The position numbers were made by a program, and so were the translations under genes. The notes beneath the pieces are model-generated. The model searched no databases. It saw only the letters and a program-made list of their open reading frames with translations, and was not told the origin of the DNA. A stretch of 63,803 nucleotides of DNA, counting the filler, from Parachlamydiales bacterium (GTDB taxonomy: Bacteria; Chlamydiota; Chlamydiia; Chlamydiales; Parachlamydiaceae): NCBI GenBank assembly GCA_020051075.1. It is 3 parts of 3 records of this genome, joined end to end, with 100 filler letters (N's around TTAATTAATTAA, not from the genome) between each part and the next. Parts side by side here need not be neighbours in the genome. Positions count along the whole stretch, not along the records: positions 40,031 to 63,803 come from JAGVJP010000128.1; 2 more parts are not named here. One strand, 5' to 3'. Numbering within the stretch: the stretch's first letter is position 1; each line of letters starts with the position of its first letter. Positions 56,538 to 63,803 of the stretch are shown here, one piece after another.

Positions 56538-57404
56538 TTTCACAGCGAGATAGCGGGGGACCATCTGTTTTCCAGTTAAGGCATTCCATTCGCTTGCTTG
56601 GATCGATCCGTCAGGATTCAAAATCTCAAAACGATAGACAGGCAGGAAAACTTCTTCTTCAGAACGAATTTTTAAATCGCTGCCAAAAGCTGCTTGGGTG
56701 ATGCCAACCATTTGGCTTCGGCTATACGTTTTGGAACTCTTTTCATTTTCGCCGAGCGGTTTTGAGACAAAAGACTGTTTCACTTTAGTTTCTGGAACCA
56801 TGACGAGCTTGGGATTTTCAAAATGGAGCTGGACTTGATTCCCCTTTTGAACAACGAGGTGCTTCTGTTTAGCTCCCTCAACCCAAATTTCGAGGACTTC
56901 ACGTTCAACTTTAAGTTCTTTTTGGAGGTCGTCCAGGCTCGCTGCTCCCTGTTTTTTTGCTAACGCTTGCAAGACCTTAAAGTCATTGCGAGACGCTTTG
57001 CATTCTAGGCAATCTCGGAATCCATGTGTGGTTTCCCATGTTTCCGTATTCAGCACCATCTCACCGTTGTTCATCCCCCATAGCAGGACTCCTTCCCGGG
57101 TTTTATGATCATCGGTGGTATATTTGATCTCCAAAAGGAGATAGGGATAGTACTTAACAATGGTATTGTGAAGGGTTCTTTTCTCATTGCCGAAAAGTTC
57201 CTTCCGGTGGCCTTCGATGATCTGCTCTGGCCGATAACGGGATTCTAGGGTGGTGATTTCGCGGTTGTCCACATAATGGAAGAGGTTTTCTCTCCATTGT
57301 GTCAAATGACCTCCATCCCATAACCACCATCCTGCGGTGGCTATAAGGATGAGGAAGATCAAATAAAGACGTTTAGAAGGAGCTGCTGCTTCCCGTTTAG
57401 CCAT
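56535..57404 (-). CDS. Hypothetical membrane-anchored protein downstream of rho
   Basis: 289 aa, single N-terminal TM, starts 3 nt after the rho stop. Confidence 0.8.
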   Translation of the reverse strand: MAKREAAAPSKRLYLIFLILIATAGWWLWDGGHLTQWRENLFHYVDNREITTLESRYRPEQIIEGHRKELFGNEKRTLHNTIVKYYPYLLLEIKYTTDDHKTREGVLLWGMNNGEMVLNTETWETTHGFRDCLECKASRNDFKVLQALAKKQGAASLDDLQKELKVEREVLEIWVEGAKQKHLVVQKGNQVQLHFENPKLVMVPETKVKQSFVSKPLGENEKSSKTYSRSQMVGITQAAFGSDLKIRSEEEVFLPVYRFEILNPDGSIQASEWNALTGKQMVPRYLAVK

Positions 57405-57407
57405 ATG

Positions 57408-58790
57408 TTAATCCTTCATTGAGAGCAAGAATTCGACGTTGCTATTTGTCTTTCTAAGACGTCCGAGAACAAGGTTCATCGCATCGACTGGAGTCAGGTC
57501 GGCAACAGCTTGGCGGAGGAGGTAAATTTTTTCTAGTTCATTGGGATGATATAGAAGTTCTTCTTTACGGGTTCCGCTCTTGACAAGGTCGATGGCAGGA
57601 TAGAGGCGCCTGTCTGCAAGCCGTCTGTCCAGGACGAGCTCCATGTTGCCTGTTCCTTTGAACTCTTCAAAGATCACCTCATCCATTCGCGAGCCAGTAT
57701 CGATAAGAGCTGTCGCGATGATCGTCAGCGAACCGCCAAACTCGATATTGCGGGCAGCACCAAAGAAGTGTTTCGGCTTATGGAGGGCGTTGGCGTCGAT
57801 ACCGCCTGATAAAATTTTCCCAGAATGAGGTTGGATGGTGTTATAAGCACGCGCCAACCGAGTGATCGAGTCGAGGAGGATGACGACGTCTTGGCCATGC
57901 TCAACTAAGCGACGCGCTTTTTCGATGACCATCTCAGCAACTTGTACGTGCCTTTCTGGCGGTTCATCGAAGGTTGACGAGATCACTTCCCCTTTGACAA
58001 TCCGCTGGTTGTCAGTCACCTCTTCAGGTCGCTCTCCAATCAATAAGACGATTAGGACGATTTCGGGGTTATTGATCGCAATAGCATTTGCGATGTTTTG
58101 GAGAAGGATGGTTTTTCCCGAGCGGGGCGGTGCAACAATAAGTCCTCTTTGCCCCTTTCCGATTGGAGCAACTAAATCCAAAACACGGGTTGCCAGCCGC
58201 TCTTTTACGGTTTCCATGACAAGCCGTTCATTGGGGTAGAGCGGTGTCAGGTTTTCAAAGAGAATCCGTTCTCTTGATTTTTCTGGCGAACAGCCATTGA
58301 TTTTATCGACTTTGAGGAGGGCAAAATACTTCTCTTTTTCTTTGGGAGGGCGGATGGTTCCGCATAATGTATCCCCTTTTTTCAGATCGAACCGTCGAAT
58401 CTGCGCTGGCGAAACATAAATATCTTCGGCTGAAGGGAGATAGTTATAGTTTGGAGAGCGAAGGAATCCAAACCCATCAGGGAGGATTTCAAGGACACCT
58501 TCTCCATAGAGGACCTCGTTGGGATTATCTGAAATTGCTTTTACAATTTCGAAGACCATCTGCGATTTCGTTAAAGAGCCGAGATGCTTGAGGCCTATAT
58601 TTTTTCCATATTGATTCAATTGCTCGATATTCATTCGTTGGATATCGGCGATTTTAGTGATGACTTCAGGCTGGTCTTTCCGCTGATGGGCAGACGCCTG
58701 GTCGTTTGTTGCCTTTTCTTGGGCTTTTTCCTCACTGTTTAACGAGGTATCTAATGAGGGGGTGTTATTTTCTTGGTTTTCTGGGTCCAT
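57408..58790 (-). CDS. rho: Transcription termination factor Rho
   Basis: [44 protein letters not shown]. Confidence 0.98.
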   Translation of the reverse strand: MDPENQENNTPSLDTSLNSEEKAQEKATNDQASAHQRKDQPEVITKIADIQRMNIEQLNQYGKNIGLKHLGSLTKSQMVFEIVKAISDNPNEVLYGEGVLEILPDGFGFLRSPNYNYLPSAEDIYVSPAQIRRFDLKKGDTLCGTIRPPKEKEKYFALLKVDKINGCSPEKSRERILFENLTPLYPNERLVMETVKERLATRVLDLVAPIGKGQRGLIVAPPRSGKTILLQNIANAIAINNPEIVLIVLLIGERPEEVTDNQRIVKGEVISSTFDEPPERHVQVAEMVIEKARRLVEHGQDVVILLDSITRLARAYNTIQPHSGKILSGGIDANALHKPKHFFGAARNIEFGGSLTIIATALIDTGSRMDEVIFEEFKGTGNMELVLDRRLADRRLYPAIDLVKSGTRKEELLYHPNELEKIYLLRQAVADLTPVDAMNLVLGRLRKTNSNVEFLLSMKD

Positions 58791-59410
58791 TAAAAATAAG
58801 ACTCCGATTGTGAGAGGTTAGTAAAAAGGGTTTGAGTAGCTTCTTTAAGGTCTTCTAAGGTTCCATCATTCCGAATAATATAATCGGAAAGCAAGGCTTT
58901 ATCTTCGGGAGGCATTTGTTGTTTCATCCGTTGATAATAATCCTCTTTTCTATTTCCCGTTGATTGGCAAAACCGTTGACAGCAAAGCTCTTCATTAGCT
59001 ATGAGGGCAACAACTTTGTCAAAATAAGGATTCCAGTTACTTTCAAAGAGCAGTGGAACTTCTGCAACAAAAAGTGGTGGAGGTTCTGGTCGGTTGCATT
59101 GCTCTTGGTATTGTTTTGTTATTTCGCGGTACACAGCCGGGTGAATGAGTTTTTCTAAAGCTTGTAGTAAATCCTGATCATGAAAGACAAGTTTGGCGAT
59201 GCTTGAACGGTCTAATTGGTTGTTCACCCATATGCTTGGTCCTAGTAATGTAACGATTTGTTGACCAAGGTTTGCATCGGAAGACAATAGTTGATGAACG
59301 ATGTTGTCAGCGCTTACGACGTAAGCTCCAAGTTCTTTTAAGATACGACAAACGGAGGATTTGCCACAAGAAAGACCGCCCGTTATGGCCACCTTTTTTA
59401 ATTTTAACAT
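58790..59410 (-). CDS. coaE: Dephospho-CoA kinase
   Basis: [26 protein letters not shown]. Confidence 0.95.
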   Translation of the reverse strand: MLKLKKVAITGGLSCGKSSVCRILKELGAYVVSADNIVHQLLSSDANLGQQIVTLLGPSIWVNNQLDRSSIAKLVFHDQDLLQALEKLIHPAVYREITKQYQEQCNRPEPPPLFVAEVPLLFESNWNPYFDKVVALIANEELCCQRFCQSTGNRKEDYYQRMKQQMPPEDKALLSDYIIRNDGTLEDLKEATQTLFTNLSQSESYF

Positions 59411-62079
59411 TCTTCCCAATTTTTGCCAATGCTGATATCAACAACTAAAGGAACTTTTAATTTTGCTACTCCTTCCATCATTTGATGAGCGAGGAGGGAT
59501 ACCTCTTCTAGTTCATCGTTTGGTACTTCAAATAAGAGTTCATCATGGATTTGTAAGATTAAATAGCCTTTTAATTTTTTTTCAGCAAGCTGTTTATCAA
59601 TCTCTAACATTGCCATTTTGATCAGATCGGCTTGAGTTCCTTGAATTGGAGTATTGACAGCAAGTCGTTCTGCCATCATACGGATGTTGGCATTTTTACT
59701 ATTGATTTCTGGGATTAATCTCTCCCTTCCGTATAGAGTGACCGATTTATTCGTTGCCCGCGTTGTTTCCTTGCATTTTTCTAAATATTCTTTAACCTTC
59801 CCATAGCGTTCGAAATACATATGGATAAATGCCGCAGCAGCTTTAGGATTGATCCCAAGTTCCTGAGAGAGGCCAAAGGCTTGCTGTCCATACATAATCC
59901 CAAAATTCACTGTTTTGGCTTGGTATCTTTGTTCTCTCGTGACCTGATCGATGGCGACATTGAAAATTTGTGAAGCGGTGAAGGTATGGATATCTTCATT
60001 GGCTTTGAATGCATGAATGAGCATCGGGTCGTCGCTGAGATGGGCTAATAAGCGCAGCTCGATTTGTGAATAGTCAGCAGATAGATAGCTCCACCCTTGT
60101 TTCTCAGGGCGGAAAGCGGCTCTGATCTTCCGGCCGATCTCAGTCCGGACTGGGATGTTTTGCAGGTTAGGATCTTGACAGGAGAGACGGCCTGTTGCAG
60201 CGACAGATTGATTGAATTGGCAGTGGACTCGGTGAGTATGTGGATTGATTTGAAGCGGTAATGTTTCAACATAGGTTGAGCGGAGCTTTTCAAGGGTGCG
60301 GTATTCGAGCAGCTTGGTTGCTATGGGATAGGCTCCTTTTAAGCTTTCTAGGACTTCTGCATTCGTAGAGTGTCCTGTAGCGATCTTTTTTGGGGGGCTT
60401 ATTCCGAGCTTGCCAAATAGAACCTGGCTGAGTTGTTTCGGCGAGTTTAAATTGAACACTTCATCAGCCATTTCATAAATGGATTCCGCTAAAGCGGCGA
60501 TTTCTTTATTGATTTCTGTGGAAAGCTGGTTCAAATAATGCCGGTCAATGAAGATTCCATGCCGTTCCATCCTTGCTAAAATAGGGAGCAGGGGGAGCTC
60601 CAGATTGTACATCAGCTTAGATAGACCCCTCTCATCAAGTTGGGGGCTGAGCTTCTCTTTTAAACGGATGGTGTAGTCCACATCTTCACAGCAATAGGCG
60701 CAGACCTTGTCTATTGAGACTTCACGCATTGAAATTTGATTTTTTCCTTTCCCAATTAACTCTCCGATAGGAATTTTAACTTTCCCAAAGAGGTCTAAAG
60801 AAAGGGCATCAAGAGAATGTTGCCGGCTGTGGGAGTTAAGCAAATAAGAAGCTAAAATCGTATCAAAGGAGAGGTTGGCAATTTCGATATTGTAGTTGAG
60901 CAAGACATGATAGTCATACTTGATGTTATGTCCGTAGAATCCAATCTTTGGATTCTCTAGGATAGGCTTTAGCCCTTTCAAGACATGTTCGAGTCCCAAC
61001 TGTCCATTGACGGGAATATACCAGGCTTTTCCAGGCTCGACACCCAGTCCGATACCGACAAGTTCTGCTCTCATCGGGTGTGTGTCAGTCGTTTCGGTGT
61101 CGATGCAGATCTCTGCTTCTTCGGTCAACAGTTCGATCAACCGATTAAAGTCTTCTTGAGTGTCGACAAGTTGGTAAGCGATCATTTCCTCATGCTGAGG
61201 CTCTTGTTCCTGCCCTTTTGATGGCGCAGCTTCGAGCTCTCTTAAAAGGGAGGAGAAGTTCATGTAATGATAAAATTCACGCAGCTCTGCAAGCTGTGGA
61301 GGGGTCAGCAGATAGAAATCAGAGTTTTCCGGGATCGGCACCTGGATGTCGATAGTGACGAGCTGTCTGCTAAGAAGGACTTTTTCCCGTTCTTGAATGA
61401 GAGTCTCCTTCTTCTTTCCCGATGCAGCTTCATCTGGATGTTCGAGGATATAATCCAAAGTCCCAAACTTTTGAAGGAGAGCCGAAGCTGTTTTAGGACC
61501 AAATCCGGAGAGTCCTGGGACATTGTCAGAGGCGTCGCCATTGATAGCGAGATAGTCTATCATTTGGTCGGGACGCACGCCGAATTGTTCTTCAACGCCA
61601 GCGGCATCGAGGATAAGATTATCTTTGAAGGTGTTGAGGATGAAGGTGTGCTTATTGACAAGTTGGCACATGTCTTTGTCGCTGGTGCATAAATAGGCTT
61701 CAGAATGATGCTTAGCAGCCCACAGAGCAATAGTCCCCATTGTATCGTCAGCTTCGACTTCAGGGATCATCAGTTCAGGAATGCCCATGAGCTGGCAGAA
61801 CTGTTTTGCCCAATGAATTTGATAGAGGAGGTCCTGCGGCATTTCTTTACGGTGCGCTTTATAGTCTGCATACAGGGCTGTTCTCTTCTTGCCATTGTGT
61901 GGACCGTCAAATACTGACACAAGATAGGTTGGATTAAAATCTTTAATCAGCTTGAGGATAGAACGGATGAAGCCGAACAAGGCGTTCGTCGATTCCCCTT
62001 TACTATTCGTCATGTGTCGAATAGCAAAGTAGGAACGGTAGATGTACCCTGAAGCGTCTAAGATATAGAATTTATCCAT
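59404..62079 (-). CDS. polA: DNA polymerase I
   Basis: EADD, DTET, TGRLS..PNLQNIP, ADYSQIELR, QIHDEL. Confidence 0.98.
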   Translation of the reverse strand: MDKFYILDASGYIYRSYFAIRHMTNSKGESTNALFGFIRSILKLIKDFNPTYLVSVFDGPHNGKKRTALYADYKAHRKEMPQDLLYQIHWAKQFCQLMGIPELMIPEVEADDTMGTIALWAAKHHSEAYLCTSDKDMCQLVNKHTFILNTFKDNLILDAAGVEEQFGVRPDQMIDYLAINGDASDNVPGLSGFGPKTASALLQKFGTLDYILEHPDEAASGKKKETLIQEREKVLLSRQLVTIDIQVPIPENSDFYLLTPPQLAELREFYHYMNFSSLLRELEAAPSKGQEQEPQHEEMIAYQLVDTQEDFNRLIELLTEEAEICIDTETTDTHPMRAELVGIGLGVEPGKAWYIPVNGQLGLEHVLKGLKPILENPKIGFYGHNIKYDYHVLLNYNIEIANLSFDTILASYLLNSHSRQHSLDALSLDLFGKVKIPIGELIGKGKNQISMREVSIDKVCAYCCEDVDYTIRLKEKLSPQLDERGLSKLMYNLELPLLPILARMERHGIFIDRHYLNQLSTEINKEIAALAESIYEMADEVFNLNSPKQLSQVLFGKLGISPPKKIATGHSTNAEVLESLKGAYPIATKLLEYRTLEKLRSTYVETLPLQINPHTHRVHCQFNQSVAATGRLSCQDPNLQNIPVRTEIGRKIRAAFRPEKQGWSYLSADYSQIELRLLAHLSDDPMLIHAFKANEDIHTFTASQIFNVAIDQVTREQRYQAKTVNFGIMYGQQAFGLSQELGINPKAAAAFIHMYFERYGKVKEYLEKCKETTRATNKSVTLYGRERLIPEINSKNANIRMMAERLAVNTPIQGTQADLIKMAMLEIDKQLAEKKLKGYLILQIHDELLFEVPNDELEEVSLLAHQMMEGVAKLKVPLVVDISIGKNWEEC

Positions 62080-62086
62080 TTCTCTC

Positions 62087-63127
62087 TTATTGCGGATAAT
62101 AGAGGTAAAGAAATTTATTGTGGCACATCAAATCTATTTCTGGTGAAAGGGAGATCTGGTGCTTGACCTTGCCAGTGAATAGAGAGGAATCGCTAGAAAA
62201 TAAACTTTTCCACCATTTCCTACTTTCTAGTTTAATCACTTGGTAATTGTCATCTGTGATGTTGACTTTTTCTAAGAGATGACTGAGAGCGTCGGATAGG
62301 CTTGCATCATTGACATCGATGAATCCTCTCTCTAAAGCTTCTTTGGAGGTGAAAATTTTTGCCCCATAATCGTTGATGAGGAGTTCTTTGTTAACTTTAG
62401 GGCGATATTGGGTGACGAGATCGACAAAATGATTATAGAAATAATCGATCAGTTGTTTGTAGTTTTCACTTTCTCCTGCCTTCCACGGGCGCAGGGGATT
62501 CATGGCATCTTTGTCTTTGCCGGCAGACAACGTCAAAGTTTCAATGTCATATTTTTCCAGCAATTTGCTCACGTTGACAAAGCTTGGAACAATCACCCCG
62601 ACGCTTCCAATCAGGCTCACGTTTCTTGAAAAAATTTTGTCGGCTGCTAATGAAATGTAGAGGCCGCCCGATGCGCAGAGTCCGTCAACGAAGGCATAGA
62701 TGGGAACGTTGTATTTCTTCTTATAGGTGAGCAGAGCATTGAAAATACCATCGGCATCCATCACAGTGCCGCCAGGAGAATTGATGTAGAGGAGGATCGC
62801 TTTGACACGGTCTTTTTTATAAACCCCTTCGCGCGATTCAACAAGCTGTTGTGTCACCGTACTTGTGTTGAGAATTTCTGTTCCAATCACATTGTCGATA
62901 TTCACTTGTAAGATAACGGGAACGTCATATCCAAGAGCTTTTCTTTCTCCTTTAGCGTTTGGAAGAATTTCTTCGGTCGTGACCGTGGTCAGCTGTGTCT
63001 CAGCTTCAGTCCCTCCAAGTAAACCAAGAACCATGGCCATAAAGACGAAAGCTAATGTCAAACCGATGATGACACAAAAAGAGACAAATAGCGCCCGAAT
63101 AGCTGAATATAAAATAGAGTCTCTCAT
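62087..63127 (-). CDS. sohB: S49 family peptidase (SppA/SohB-like)
   Basis: NSPGG, CASGGLYI, GSVGVI, AGKDKD. Confidence 0.85.
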   Translation of the reverse strand: MRDSILYSAIRALFVSFCVIIGLTLAFVFMAMVLGLLGGTEAETQLTTVTTEEILPNAKGERKALGYDVPVILQVNIDNVIGTEILNTSTVTQQLVESREGVYKKDRVKAILLYINSPGGTVMDADGIFNALLTYKKKYNVPIYAFVDGLCASGGLYISLAADKIFSRNVSLIGSVGVIVPSFVNVSKLLEKYDIETLTLSAGKDKDAMNPLRPWKAGESENYKQLIDYFYNHFVDLVTQYRPKVNKELLINDYGAKIFTSKEALERGFIDVNDASLSDALSHLLEKVNITDDNYQVIKLESRKWWKSLFSSDSSLFTGKVKHQISLSPEIDLMCHNKFLYLYYPQ

Positions 63128-63242
63128 GCTTCACCTCTGAGAAAGCTGTTGGAAACCTCCGTTATAATATAGAATGGCATTTATGGGAAGAGCGGAAATT
63201 TAGGTCCTCAGGGCGCAGTAAATTTAAACAAATGTTTGACCA

Positions 63243-63362
63243 ACAGGATAAGCGGCAAGGATAGAACAAGATATACAAAAAGGACAAAAAACAGGATATG
63301 CAAGATCGCAAGCGGCAGGATAAGCATGATGACAAGATAGTTCAGACTGAATGACAGGATGG
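63243..63362 (+). repeat. Family B single arm (degenerate)
   Basis: ACAGGATAAG, ACAAGATA, GATCGCAAGCGGCAGGATAAG units. Confidence 0.75.
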
Positions 63363-63402
63363 GGATGATAAGAAAGATAGGACTGGATGGTGTGTTACTC
63401 AG

Positions 63403-63428
63403 AAGTGCGGAAGCCCTCCTCCACTTTT
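63403..63428 (+). repeat. Degenerate family A REP unit
   Basis: AAGTGCGGAAGCCCTCCTCCACTTTT versus GAGTGCGGAAGTCCTCTTCCGCTTT. Confidence 0.5.
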
Positions 63429-63803
63429 CGATGGCCAATTTTGGAAACAACCTGATTGAATAACAGTCTCTTGTTGGCGATACCCAGAGAGCGCTGATAC
63501 ATATCCAGGGATGTGTACACAGAAAATGATACATGTAATCGACTCAACATAAACGTTTTACATGTAAATGTAAATCTTCTGTTTCCCTAAAACGATTCCA
63601 TCATGTATACCAGATTGAACTTATTCAAAAATAGGTGTTCAATGTCAAGAATCTGGTACAGCAAATCTCTAAGGTCAATCGTTTGGCTGCTTTTTCTTCT
63701 CATCCTCTCATGTTCCGGAAAAGAGATTGCTGCCGAAGAATATGGCGGCGCCCAAGAGGTGACGGCGACCGAATGCATGCCTTCAAGCCTCGTCAACCAG
63801 GCC

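Noticed and set aside
58005..58050. Rho motif variant [11 protein letters not shown] instead of [11 protein letters not shown]
   Set aside because: Catalytic Glu and Arg are retained and the rest is canonical; no basis for a functional claim
63587..63803. Minus-strand frame open to the window edge
   Set aside because: No recognisable motif; may be a gene 3' end but cannot be judged here

Overview
AT-rich bacterial DNA, very probably from an environmental chlamydia (Parachlamydiales/Protochlamydia-like). The basis is the TopA-SWIB fusion and gene orders familiar from Chlamydia (sdhBAC-tatD-dsbD-tolQRAB, aspC-mreC, sohB-polA-coaE-rho). The window is three contigs joined by two artificial 100-nt N/TTAATTAATTAA spacers (22023-22122, 39931-40030), so adjacency across them is unproven. 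Core genes alternate with accessory material: (1) a tightly coupled three-gene cassette encoding a signal-less ~1000-aa OppA-family fusion, a small SH2-like protein and a MATE exporter, at the place where pal usually follows tolB (best candidate for an undescribed system); (2) two paralogous membrane-anchored proteins with four GxxxGATHY repeats and a conserved promoter/operator; (3) a likely effector cluster with a 5'-truncated PPR-Fic fusion and an 884-aa protein with an NLS-like patch and two HEPN-like units; (4) a NadB-like flavoprotein lacking most catalytic motifs; (5) at least four families of palindromic intergenic repeats, including a 240-bp REPIN/MITE with a compensatory stem change, several of which abut, supply or truncate gene ends. 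One tRNA-Ala(GGC) is present; no CRISPR, rRNA or transposase was seen. All domain calls are by-eye motif recognition, not database searches.
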